Source of the DNA: Gekko japonicus
Lineage: Eukaryota
DNA length: 64,000 nt
Direction of reading: 5' to 3'
NCBI RefSeq assembly: GCF_001447785.1
Contig: NW_015163638.1
Location: 345,687 to 409,686, forward strand
Within the stretch, counting starts at the first letter, position 1. Each line of letters opens with the position of its first letter. The notes beneath the pieces are model-generated. The model was given only the letters and a program-made list of their open reading frames with translations. It ran no database searches and was not told the origin of the DNA. Shown here piece after piece: positions 13,153 to 25,237 of this stretch. The translations under genes were made by a program, and so were the position numbers.

Positions 13153-13506
13153 AAGTAAAGGTAAAGGTTTCCCTTGCTCGAAAGCCAGTCGAATCCGATT
13201 CTAGGGTTGCGGTGCTCATCTCCGTTTCAAAGCTGAAGAGCCAGCGCTGTCCGAAGATGTTTTCATGGTCATGTGGCCGGCATGACTAAACATCAAGGTG
13301 CACGGAACTCTGTTACCTTCCCACCGAAGTGGTACCTATTTATCTACTTGCAATTTCTTGCTTTTCAAACTGCTAGGTTGGCAGGAGCTGGAAGTAGAGA
13401 CGGGAGCTCACTCCATCATGCGGCACCCGGGTCTCGAACTGCTGAACTACTGACCTTCCACAGCCTGCAGTTCAGCGTCTTAACCACTTGAGCCACCGCA
13501 GCTCCT
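13153..13506 (-). mobile_element. Sauria SINE, full length
   Basis: 12-bp TSD tcttaaagggta; same sequence as 259-611. Confidence 0.9.
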
Positions 13507-13784
13507 TCTTAAAGGGTAGTCACTCTTAAAAAATACATTCGTCTATTTTACATATGGCTAAAACTACAGAAAGGAGAGGCTACATCACCGATTTATTGCC
13601 AATAAAGAAGCTACATTTTACAATCCTAGAGAAGATCTACTGATTTCTGTAAACTGCCTCGTGTGTCGACACAAATTTCTCTTCCCAGGAAACACCCCTA
13701 TCCAAGCCCAAAGTCAAATCTTGCATAATTTTGTCATAGCACTACTGTTTGAAGCCCTGCTTCACAGAACTATCTGCTCCTTAC

Positions 13785-13937
13785 CTCTGTTGATATTTGC
13801 AAATGGCCCTTCCACATCAATGGAACTGTGTGCAAACTCTGGGCCTCTGAAAGACTGTTGAAGCTGCATCATACTGCCCATGGATGGCTCGCTTCCCAAG
13901 GCTCCACCAGTCCAATACTCAGCCTGAGCCCCAGTCG
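13785..13937 (-). CDS. NPHP3: NPHP3 coding exon 4 (153 nt)
   Basis: [50 protein letters not shown]; phase 1-1. Confidence 0.96.
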
Positions 13938-15205
13938 CTTAAAATAAACAAGCAGATAACTATTTGCATCAATTTAAAACGGATGGGCTAAATCAGAAGA
14001 GTGCATCCGCATGTGGGAAGTGATACCCACATACCTCGTGGAAAGATACCCTGACTGCCATTTTCCTTCCACTCACAGTGCTTTGGCTCCAATCCAACGG
14101 CCCCATTCCCTAGAGAGACTTTCTCTCCACAGTTTGCATACCCCTGGTGGGACATTTTTGGCCTAATCCAAAACATGTTGGGCCCTGTCCAGCTCAAGCT
14201 AGTGATGACTGCCCCATTAAAATTAGAACAGTCATAACTAATTTCACTCTCATTTTTTTTTCAGCTGTACCCTCATGCCTAAAACTCAAGACTACACACT
14301 GTGGCTGCAAACCTGTTTGTTGAAGCTCAGGTCTGTCCCAGACATAGAGCAATAACAGGGTCAAGCTGAGGGGAGGCTCAACCCATCGTAGGCCTACTAT
14401 TTATTTCAGTTAACCTCTCCCGACACCAGAGGTGTTTTTGTCCCTGCTAGGCCTCCTTTTGGTATTTCAGCACAGCTGTGGGGTAACAGCATTCGAAGAC
14501 AAGCTGTGGAAAGATGAGCCATTAGTAGTGGAAACATTTAGTATCCCACTGTTATGTTCCTCCGGTACTCTAAAAACTAGGGACTCGTCTTTCACTTCAG
14601 ATATGACTGGGACGGACCCTGGTTGCAACAAATGGGTCCTTCACTATCATATAGATAGATCCAGGTGGGTACAGTCCCACCAAGCTCAGTGAGACATACC
14701 ATCTAATCAGCACACTTTGCAGCCTTTGACTCCGCCTATAAGGCAGAAGACATTTGCACCACTGTCACAGTGTTTGAAAGTCCTCTGCCATGCAGCCAGG
14801 CCGGGGGAACTCTTGTTCAAAATATACAAGCTTAAAGCTCTGCCGGGCTCCTAGAGTATGTCTCAAACTGTTCTGACACTTGAGGAAAATTCAGATGCTT
14901 CCTCCCTACATACACTGCTACTGGCAGTAAGAAAAACACAGTAGTGCATTAAATAATTGACAGTTTGTCAGCCTTTGCCTAATGGTGGAACTGGCCTTGC
15001 ACACAGTTGTCTGGAGTTTAGCCAAAGTCCTAATTGAAGCTGAAATTAGCTGTCAAAACGTACTTAACACTTGTATCATGACAGATTATTGTTTTCTTTA
15101 ACTATAGCTCTAAAGGCCTTTCTACCATGTATCAGTAAGATGTTTAAGAAGCACAATGATAGCATTCATGTTCAAACCTCCTACACCCAAAGAACACCCT
15201 TATTA

Positions 15206-15380
15206 GTGTTAGTGTGGTGTAGTGTTTAGAATGTTAGACTAGGCCTGGAAAGACCTGGGTTAAACCTCTGCTCATGAGGTCTTGAGCCAGCACTCTCTCT
15301 CAGACTACCTCACAGAACTTATGTGAGAATAAAACCCAGAACTCTTTGAAGGAAGGTTTGAGCAAATTTTAACTAAATAA
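15206..15380 (+). mobile_element. Old MIR/CORE-like SINE
   Basis: agtgtggtgtagtgtttaga..gacctgggttaaa head; ctacctcacag core; taaataa tail. Confidence 0.55.
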
Positions 15381-17419
15381 GGTGCTCCTTTATGGCTCAC
15401 ATGAAGAGAAACTTTATACTGCTTCTTTACTTGTTACACAACTTGCAACAAAATCATCACATTGCTGATTACCATACTCACTGCCTTCAAATAAAATAGC
15501 AATCATCTACTGCAGGGTTGTTGAGATGGGGTGTGGGGAGAGCACAGGGTAAAAATATTCTAGAGGTCCAGATTTGCCCTGGGGCCCAAGCTCAGTGCTG
15601 TTGATCAACCATCTTATGTGTGTTCTTTTGGATTTTAGAGTATCCCAAATGTAGTACAAGAAGGGCCCAAACAACAGCATCCCCTGGAGACCCACAATGG
15701 CTCTCAGTTGCCCTGACTACCTGAAGTGCCATCAAAAGACTATGAGGAAATATTCACGATTCCTGGTTCTGCTAGTATCTACTGATTCATTTACTTAATA
15801 CAATCAGAGAGCCGGAAGATGTACCAAACCATCAAGCTACAGACAGAGAGCACATCTACAACTGAAAGTTACCCACCAACCACATATTAAAATATCTCAC
15901 TTGGTCCGTTCTTGAGTATTAAATGTTGTGAGGGCGAAAAATTAAAAACAGAAGCAGTCAAAGGAAAATTGGCACCCCCCACGCTGAAATTACTACAAGA
16001 ATTTACATGGTAAGAAATGTGTAATTTTGTCAGATACTGTCACACTGCAGCTTTGATAATAATAACTATAACCATGACAAACTCACAACAGAACCAGGAG
16101 CAAGAATCTTTGTACCAAACCTTTGAAAATAATGGGAAATTGATAGGTTGTATCCAGCCAATGACAACTGCAACCCATATGGATTTTCCCCATGTTCCCC
16201 TTCACTCAGCAGTCTCTTTGGACTCCTAGAAACATGTGTCTGCAGTCATAGGACCTGCATGGACAAAAAGTCTCAGCGGTTGGAGGGCTGCAGTGAGGCT
16301 GCCCCCCTTCTCCTCGTTCACTTGTGAAGCCCCACTGGTGACTAACTAGAAGCAGCTCACACTTGTTGAGGGCCCAGGTTTTTATCCTTGCAATACCTTT
16401 GCTCTTAAAGTGCTTTGCTGGTGGCGGCAGCTTTTGTGGCAATCATACCTCAGCCCAATCCTTTGTTTTGCTGACACGTGGTAGCAGAGAACAAAGATTC
16501 TATGTGCATTTAGTTTTTTTCCTATGGAGAAGCATTCATTTGTCGTTTGAAGTGGTACTGTCCAAAAAGAACCATGCAATATATGATTCTGCTGGCTGCA
16601 TAACTCAGTTTTCACAGTAGGAAGGGATCTGTGGTGGTTGAAAAAGCCACCGGGGGGGGGGGGGAGGATACAGAGCTGCAAGTACTTTGCACAAATGCTA
16701 TCTTACTTTGCACTACAGCTGGAAACTGGAGAGGGAGATATCAAACTGACCCGAGCACTGAATACTAAAAAGTCATGGTTAGATGTGACATGGAATTCTA
16801 TCTATTTCCCCAATAAACCTTTGGGGGAAAGGAAGCGTCCAGTGCCATTGTGTATCCTTCTAGGTCCACTAAGTCAATGCACTTAGAAGGATGTACAATG
16901 GCACTGTATGCCTCTGTTCTCCCAAAGGCTTATTTTTCAACTGAAAAGCAAACTTGCAAAGCCAATAGCTAAACAGTGGCAGAAAGCAGCGGATTGTTCA
17001 ACCTTTCCCCCTCCTGCACTTATGTCCATTAAAATCTCACACACATCTCAAGCTGTGTTCCCAACCTAATAAAGAAGGCTTAAACAAGTTAAGATTTAGA
17101 AAACTGCATTCCTCTTATTTATTTTCTGTTCAATGTTGCTCCTAAGAGATTACATGCCCAAATGGAAATATCACCTTTAACCCAGCCTTTAATCAACAGC
17201 CAAGATTCTCAGAATGGAGAGGAAGGGCGTCATTTTAGAAATTGTAAGTTGGCTTGTTTAAAAGTTTCATGAAGCAAAATATTTTCATCATTTAAAAATT
17301 ACATTGTGACATTTTCAGTAGCCAGGAAGAACAGCCATTAGGTTTTTGTCTGTTTTATATTTCACATTTATAGAACATGGTCATAGGACGATGTCCAAAA
17401 CTGTATGTGGAATCCTTAC

Positions 17420-17570
17420 CAGCAGCCTCTGTACAGCTATCATCTGAGTCTGTCTCCTCAGGGTCAAATACATGGATGCCTTGAGCTTGCAGCCTCTGCA
17501 ATTTTGCCTCCAACTCACGCTTTGCCCGCAGTAAATCCTGAATTTCATTTTCCTTGGTTTCTCTAAAAAT
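17420..17570 (-). CDS. NPHP3: NPHP3 coding exon 3 (151 nt)
   Basis: [50 protein letters not shown]; AG/GT, phase 0-1. Confidence 0.96.
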
Positions 17571-17719
17571 CTGTAAAAGTGAAAGGATTCAATGAATGGC
17601 CACAATGCCCAGACACAAAATGCACTTCCTAATGCATGAGCCTCCTCCGAAAACTCACTCAGTGTTCTATTTGAGTCAGTCCATGCTGGCATGAAATTAA
17701 CACATGCACACACCTTTCA

Positions 17720-17989
<270 letters not shown>

Positions 17990-17997
17990 TTACCCTT

Positions 17998-18196
17998 GGT
18001 GATGCTGGAAAGTGCCACCAAGTCACAGCTGACGTATGGCGACCCTGTAGGGTTTTCAAGGCAAGAGATGTTTCAGGGGTGGTTTGCCATGGCCTGCCTC
18101 TGTGTCACGACCCTGCTATTCCTTGGAGGTCTCCCATCCAAATATTGGCCAGGGCCGAATCTGCTTTGCTTCCAAGATCTGATGAGGCCTGGGCTA
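17998..18196 (-). mobile_element. 5S rRNA-derived SINE
   Basis: Reverse-complement homologue of 33368-33590. Confidence 0.75.
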
Positions 18197-18488
18197 TACA
18201 GTCAGTCTTTGACTGCTAAATCTCAGAATTAAAAAATTAGTAGTTCACAGAAAGCTTTCACACTTAATTCCATTTCCCAAAAAGTCATTCTGTTGCAAGT
18301 AGGCTTATACTCCAACATGTATTTACCACAATCAAACTGACTTTCTTCCAAAGACATGTTGTTAGAATCAAGGCACTAAATACCTGAAACAATGCAGTGC
18401 TAAAACTTGCTTGTGTGACAGATCCTGAGCCTGAATACAATCTGCAAAGTTGTCTTACTAGGGAAACCCCATTAATTATAATATAGGT

Positions 18489-18987
18489 AGACTGCGGTCA
18501 CACGGAACATTAGCTACGCTAGAGAGACGGAAGATAGGCGGATTTTCCGGGCGCGATCTCACCACCACATCTGGGAAGCGTGGAGCTCCCATGGCTCACC
18601 CGAGGCTTCCCGCCGAAGATGCGGGGTAAAAAACTAGTACCTCCGAGGTACTAGTTTCTGGTAACCACAGGGCAAGGGTGGGCATCTGATCGCGTTTCCG
18701 GTGGCATCCGGCGCCCGCCCATGTCCACTTGCAAAAATGTTTTTTTTCCCCCAAGTCTCCATGGATGCGCACAAGCACCCAACGGAGCGTGCACATACTT
18801 TGGTGTACAGAAAAAAACAAACTCGTTTGCCGCACCGTGCCGCAGGATTGGCCTGTGATCGGCACCTCCCCCCTACCCACGGGACCTCCACGGGAGGTCG
18901 GATCGTGCAACCTCGCGTTATTTTGTCCCGGGGCAAACAGCTACGCCTCCCCTCCCCCTGCGATATCCAGCCCATGTGACCGGGGCC
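18489..18987. mobile_element. PIF/Harbinger-like MITE (second family)
   Basis: Ends gcggtcacacgg / ccatgtgaccggggcc; CpG-rich. Confidence 0.65.
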
Positions 18988-19386
18988 ATAGTTGACTTGA
19001 AGGATTTCACCTTTAGTTACAGTGAAATACAGTGAAATCTTCACAGCCGCCTGGAGTGGTCAGCACAGGTTTCCTGGACTAGCCTTGAATGTGGAGGAAT
19101 GCGTGGCCGTGGTGGATCATGGAGGAGCACATCTTGGAATTACCCACTGTTAAAACCCCCTATAAACCTGAGACCAGCACAGGACAAAACAGAGGACAGA
19201 TTCTTTGTGCTTGTTTTCTCTCTGAACAGAGTTCTTTATGCAAAGGAACAGCCACATCTTTTTTTAAAAAAGCAGTGCAGTCCACTGTCTACCTCTGGCC
19301 TGTGTGCCGCAGACCTAAGATCCCTCTATGCCCTTCCCCCTTCCTTCTTTTGGCCAGCCCAGGCCGTCAGGATCCATCTAACTCAC

Positions 19387-19740
19387 CTGCAGCTCTGCCC
19401 GCAGGCGCTTGTTTTCTTTATCCAGTTTGGCCTCTTTCTTCATCATAGATGCCACTTCATTGTTCTTGCTGATACGGAAGATCTCGTATTCTTTCTTCAG
19501 GCGTTCGTACTCTGCCATACATTCCAGCTCTTGTACGGAGGCAGTGGATTTGAAACTGGCCCCAATGAGACCTCCAGGCCGTGACGTCCCCACACGGCGG
19601 AAGGAGCTGCGCAGGAGGCGGGCTTTGGGTTTCACCTCCACAGGGATCTCGCAGGCTTCACCCCCACCTCCCTCATATGTGTCTTCAATCACCTCCCCGA
19701 CAGTGCCTACTGGGTTTACCAAGGATGAAGCAGTCCCCAT
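19387..19740 (-). CDS. NPHP3: NPHP3 (nephrocystin-3) first coding exon
   Basis: [49 protein letters not shown]...[10 protein letters not shown] matches the NPHP3 N-terminus, including the myristoylation Gly2; donor CAG|GTGAGT, phase 0. Confidence 0.97.
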
Positions 19741-20080
19741 AATGGAGGAGGTTTCCCCTGAGGGACAGGAGATATTACCTAATGGAAGGCAGCATCATAA
19801 TGTTCAATTTATCACTCTTAAGTATTTATGTCATGGCACCAGCCACATCGCTTGGGACAGCTAGATTTGAGTCCAGTAGCACCTGAGAGACCTAAGCAGG
19901 ACCTTAGCTTGAGATGTCCACTTTTGTCCCCAAGCAAGCCCCATTTCCTCTAATTAGCCACAAGGGTCCAAATTCTTCTTGGCCTGCTTGTTCTTTAGAC
20001 TTTCCATGCACCCACACTTAGTGCCCATGTCAAAATCTTTAACTCTTAAGCTTTTGAGTTATTCAGTAGGGAAATCTCAA

Positions 20081-20525
20081 TTTGTGCATATTTCATTAAG
20101 CACTGGCAAATAAGGGTTGTAATCCCATACGTCTTTTCCTGGATGTAAACTGGATTGAACAGAGTGAGATTTACTTCTGAGTAGACATGGCTAAGATTGG
20201 CCTGCAAGAATGCCAGTGTCATCCCCCCCCCCTTTTAAAATATTTTTTTTTCAAAATCACCAATAAACTGGGTGGGGGGCAATGTTCCCTCTTAACCGTG
20301 CAATCTTGTGCATATTTCATTTAGCACTGGTAAATTATGGTTGTCATCTTTTCCTGGATGTAAACTGGACTGAACACAGTGAGATTTACTTCTGAGTAGA
20401 CATGGCTAAGATTGGCCTGCAAGAATGCCAGTGTCATCCCCCCCCCCTTTTAAAATATTTTTTTTTCAAAATCACCAATAAACTGGGTGGGGGGCAATGT
20501 TCCCTCTTAACCGTGCAATCTTGTG
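20081..20525. repeat. Tandem duplication of about 220 bp
   Basis: ttgtgcatatttcatt...caatgttccctcttaaccgtgcaatcttgtg occurs twice. Confidence 0.9.
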
Positions 20526-20700
20526 AGCAAAAATTCTAGTTTGTGAGCTACTGGCATTAAAGTTGTGAGCGAGTGATCTGGCTGCTGCATCAATTAGTTT
20601 GCTCTGGAGCATTCCTTCCTGAGCTAAGACAAAAACGTGTGGGCTGGAGCCTAAAAAGCTGTGAGCTAGCTCACACTAACTCAGCTTAGAGGGAACACTG
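20495..20700 (+). mobile_element. ~205-bp hAT MITE
   Basis: TIRs caatgttccctct / agagggaacactg; six copies in the window. Confidence 0.88.
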
Positions 20701-20929
20701 GTGGTGGTGGTGGGGTGTTTCCACCGTGTTTTACCCTGCACAAGCCAGATCAGGCACTCCACATTACAAGGGTGTTCATTAGACCGCAATAACTACCACT
20801 CTCTGGATCGGAACTCATAACGACAGCAGATGACCATCCCCATTCCACCCATAAGGAAGCTCTTAAAGTGGACGGAAATGTCTTTTTTCGTCGGTTCTGC
20901 CACTGTTCTGTGCCGCTAAAGATCCTATC

Positions 20930-21630
20930 CCATGCAATGCGGTAAAATACCCCACCGAGGCTTACTTGCAAGCAACTGTCTTAGGGGAGGGCTGTAAAAG
21001 AAGCCGGCGACTGGCGTCGTCGCAGAGATTGCACCACCCCACTCGCGACTGTCCCCACCCTAAGGGATAGCGGGCTGCGGTGCGCCCTCGTCCGTCCAGC
21101 GGCGGAGCGGCGGGAGCTCTGGAGGTCTCCACTCCAGCAAACTCACGGCCAGCCTGGCAAGGGAGACAGTCTCCAAAGTTTCCTGGCGCCAAAAGGACGA
21201 CACCAGCGAGCCGCGCGCCGCCCCCGCTCTTCGGACTAGCAGCCCCCGAAGTCCCAAAAGGAGCGGGTTCGTGGGACAACCGCTCGACTCCGGGGAAAGA
21301 GCGGCGGGGCCGGGCAGCCCCGAGACTGACCGAGAGAAGGAGGGAATGGAGGAAGGAAGAAGGCCGGCCGTGACGCGGCTGCTTCCGTCCCTCCCTCCCC
21401 GATCTCCCCTGCCGGGACCCAAGCGCCGGCTGAGGAGGCCCCTCAGGCGCTGGGAAGGGACAGCGGAGAGCGGCGCTGCGGCGGCGGGTGTGTCCTCGCC
21501 ACTTTCTCCTGCATCTGCTTGTGGCTGGCTGCGCGGGAAAGCGGCCCTGATTGAGAGACGGAACCTAGGCAGGTCCACGCAGAATAATTCGGCAGAATTC
21601 CTAGGAAAGTGTGTGTGGGGGGGCGGCGGT
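20930..21630. promoter_or_regulatory. CpG island, probable NPHP3 promoter (possibly bidirectional)
   Basis: Very GC- and CpG-rich non-repeat stretch about 1.2 kb upstream of the NPHP3 ATG. Confidence 0.85.
20966..21500 (-). other. NPHP3: Putative non-coding 5' exon of NPHP3 (5' limit approximate)
   Basis: Minus-strand donor CAA|GTAAGC at 20965; candidate acceptors upstream of the ATG (AG at 19780-19779 or 19759-19758). Confidence 0.45.
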
Positions 21631-21687
21631 TTAAACATTAAAAAGAGAACATGTACAACACTTAGCAGAGCACAACACAGTCAGGAG

Positions 21688-21962
21688 CAATGTTCCCTCT
21701 AAGCTGTGGAGTCTTGTGAGCAAAAATTCTACTTTGTGAGCTACTGGCATTAAATTGTGAGAGAGCGATTTGGCCGCTGCATAAATTCGTTTGCTCTGGA
21801 GCCGTCCTTCCTGAGTTAAGACAAAAATGTGTGAGCTGGAGGATAAAAACAGGGAACGGCGGAAGACAGGAAGGCCTGGCATGATCTGGTGCAAAGAGTC
21901 GGATTAGACTGTGCGACTGAACAACAACAAGCTCACACTAACTCAGATTAGAGGGAACACTG
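21688..21962 (+). mobile_element. ~205-bp hAT MITE containing a BovB 3' tail fragment (about 21856-21930)
   Basis: TIRs present; internal acggcggaagacaggaaggcctgg...actgaacaacaacaa. Confidence 0.85.
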
Positions 21963-22024
21963 GAGGCTATTCCTTAGCCTGACTGGAATCCTTCTCTTTT
22001 TAATTTTTTATTTTTTTTTTTAAG

Positions 22025-22710
22025 TTTAGCATTGCCCCATTAGAGCGAACCTAAACAGCATGATAAAAAGTAGAGACATCACCCTGCCAACAAAAGTCCG
22101 CATGGTCAAAGCAATGGTATTCCCAGTAGTCATGTATGCCTGCGAGAGTTGGACTATAAGGAAGGCCGAGCGCCGAAGAATAGATTCTTTTGAACTATGG
22201 TGCTGGAGAAGACTCTTGAGAGTCCCTTGGACTGCAAGAAGAACAAATCAGTCAATCCTCAAAGAAATCAACCCTGACTGTTCCCTGGAAGGCCAGATAA
22301 TGAAACTGAAGCTCAAATACTTTGGCCACCAAATGAGAAGGGAGCACTCACTGGAGAAGACCCTGATGCTGGGAAAGATTGAAGGTCAAAGAAGACGGGG
22401 ACGGCAAAGGATGAGATGGTTAGACAGTGTCATAGATGCAACAAACATGAAATTGAGCAAACTTCAGAGGACGGCGGAAGACAGGAAGGCCTGGCGTGAT
22501 CTGGTCAATGGGGTCACGAAGAGTCGGACTCGACTGTGCGACTGAACAACAAAATTAGAGCGAATGCATAGTCCAAAATCGAGCAGCTGAACCTGGACAC
22601 AGGCACTGTGTGTCACAGAGACAGTTCGCTCCTTGGTGTATTCAAAATAGTGGCTGCACTGTCCGCGTGCAAAGGCCAGGTTGGTAGACATGAGGTGGTA
22701 TAATTCTGAG
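22025..22710 (+). pseudogene. Decayed exon A of putative LRR/IQ pseudogene (split by BovB)
   Basis: Poly-T + AG acceptor and GAG|GTAACT donor; after removing BovB, frameshifted FSIAPLERM/SKIEQLNLDTGTVCHRD..GVFKIVAALSACK/..GGIILS resembles an LRR plus LRR-cap. Confidence 0.5.
22050..22553 (+). mobile_element. BovB (RTE) LINE, 5'-truncated
   Basis: ORF KSRDITLPTKVRMVKAMVFPVVMYACESWTIRKAERRRIDSFELWCWRRLLRVPW; 11-bp TSD attagagcgaa at 22039-22049 and 22554-22564. Confidence 0.95.
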
Positions 22711-22854
22711 GTAACTATACCACTTGAGAATGCAGGAGAAAACAGTCATATTCATAATGCTTTTCCGTGTAAAAACTCCCTGTAACTTAACAAAAAAAGT
22801 GTATTGGGGGGAAATATTTAACTTAGCCTTTGCATACTTGTGCTGATTTTCCAG

Positions 22855-23047
22855 TGACAGGGAATTTATTAATGTGGAGGAAACTTGGAAAGCCTAAACC
22901 CTCACCTTTCTGAAGTGATACAGTACATTCAGCCACCTCAGGACTCTGCTGCATTCTTATTCTCCTGCATGTCTGGACCATGAATTGAAGGTCTTAGAAC
23001 GTACATTGTGGTCTCCAGCCCAATTGGTAAAATGAGATTTACGGACA
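22855..23047 (+). pseudogene. Decayed exon B
   Basis: ttttccAG / ACA|GTAAGA; single frame DREFINVEETWKA*TLTFLK*YSTFSHLRTLLHSYSPACLDHELKVLERTLWSPAQLVK*DLRT. Confidence 0.55.
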
Positions 23048-23649
23048 GTAAGACGGGAGCATACGGGAGATGCCTTTTCTTATGCTCCCCATATTTTTTA
23101 AAAAACAACCTCCCTGCAGTTTAAAATATAGTATATCAGAGGGAACGGTTCAAGTCCAGTCTGCTCTCTATTGTACTAGTGTATTCTGTATACCGAGGAA
23201 ATCCTGGAAATTAAGCCCATTTGCTTTCCTTTTTTGTACGCCAGGAAAAAATATTAGACAAAAAAAACCCCATCTAAAATACAGTCTACATCCTAGAGAA
23301 AAGGAATCACACAGGAAAATATATGAAGATTGGTAGAAGGGCATCAGGGATTAACTAAAACAGAATAAAATGTGTTGGAAACGAGGTTAGGTCTGATTTT
23401 TAACATGACTGTTTGTGAAGAAAAATAACATGGGACTTTACATTTGCAAAGCATTTTGTGTAAACAGTTGCTAACCATCCATAACCACTGTGTGTGTTTA
23501 GCTTGCCAGAAGTCCATAGCTTGGGCTCTGGTGTGCCAATTAAGCATATGCACTTCCCTTTCACAGGTGGCAGCCCAGTTTATACAAGGCACTGTGTGCG
23601 TGAAGTACAAGTGAGTTCGTTTGCTTGCCAGCATCACATTAATATTTAT

Positions 23650-23857
23650 GTATTTACTGCATTTATGTTCTGCCTTCTCCCCAATGCAGCTTACATCATT
23701 CTCCTTTCCCTCATTGTATCTTCAGACCAACCCTGTGCGGTAGATTAGGCTGAGAGTGTGACTGGCCCAAGGTCACCCAGTGAGCTTCCATGGCAGATTG
23801 AAACCTGGGTCTTCTGGATCCGACTCTGACACTCAAACCATTATACCACACTGGCTC
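23650..23857 (-). mobile_element. Old MIR/Squam3-like SINE
   Basis: accctgtgcggtagattaggctgagag..cccaaggtcacccag..accattataccacactggct. Confidence 0.6.
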
Positions 23858-25237
23858 ACATAAATATCAAGCCACAGTATGACAGTATCACATGTCAGCC
23901 ACTTTTGGTCTCCCCCCTGTATGACAGCTGTATCCTCATGCAGAGCTAATTCTCCATACCAACTAGCCACTTTCTGAGAAGCCAATTCCTTACTACATGC
24001 TTATGAAGTTGCTGTCTGCGTGGATGTGTCCTTCACGAGGCCAATGTCATATGCCTCTCTCCTGAGAGAGCTGTGCCCATCGATCAGGGTTCCCCAGCAT
24101 AGCACCTGTGGGTTCCATGGTTCCCACCAGTACTTCTCCTGGAGCCTGCCTAGCTTCTCAGAAAGTGTGCGGGCCCATTGTAAGATAAGCCTTGTTACTG
24201 GCCACCCCTGTTCCAATGAAAGGGTTTTCTGTGGCTGCAATAGCAGCTGCAGTCACTGGAGGATCAGGAGAACTGGTAGGCAACCAGGCATTCCTTAGTC
24301 AGTGTGTGGTTCTAGTCACATTTCAGACTTTCTTTTTATCCCCCTTGCTCTTCTCCCTCCCTCTTTCCTATGTTTTCCTTCATTTCTTTTTATTCCCCTT
24401 CTGCAATTCTTTTGGACTTCAAGGGCGGAGTTATTGTATCTGGCTCCACCTCCCGTAGCAGCCATTTGGGATCTGTCCCTATCTCCTGCGGCAGCCATTT
24501 GGGGGTGGCGCTCACTGTTGTGTATTCAGAGAGATAGGATGCTGTAAAGCACATGGAGAAATCTCTGAAACCATGGCAACTGTTTATTTCCACAAGAAGG
24601 GTGCAATTAAAAAAAGTGCCAGAGAGTTAGGAAAAATAGGAATTGGGTTTCCTTTCAGAGATAGTCCATTTGGCTTACCTGCCAAAGGGAGAAGATGGAT
24701 GTTGGTCATAAAAAAAACTGATGGGGGTGTGTGGAGATGTGGGCTGTGTACCTGATTAGAAGACTTCAGGGTATCTCCCACAAGGGATAGGAGTCCTAAC
24801 ATTGGGTTTTGATGTTTCCATCAAAGCAGGCAGAAAGGTTTAACAGGTGGAATTTCCTTTTGTTCATTGTTCAAATACTTCTCCCAGATGCTGTGACCTA
24901 CACTGGAACCCAGGCTCTTCTGCAAAGGGGGCAGTTGGGAGTTTGGGAGTGTGTTTGCTCCACCTAAGGTCTTCTATTGCAACTTAGCTAAATTCATGTT
25001 TTTGTATTCTTTTCCTTAGATCTGTACTCACTAGGCACGACAGCTATTTTCCATGTATGTGCTCTAGTTTAATATTTATTGTTTCCTGTTTAAGAAAGCA
25101 GACTATGATTAAAATCCTACCCACACTCCTAGACTGTTTATACATGAAAAGAATATGCAGTCGGGGGGCCTAAAGTAGTTGGAAAGCTCTGCCCTTTGTA
25201 CTTGCTAGGAGGCAGCCTTACCAGAGTTCCACGAGGC

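Noticed and set aside
21060-21702. 192-aa and 143-aa ORFs in the CpG island
   Set aside because: Stop-poor GC-rich DNA with low-complexity P/A/R/G translations and no recognisable family.
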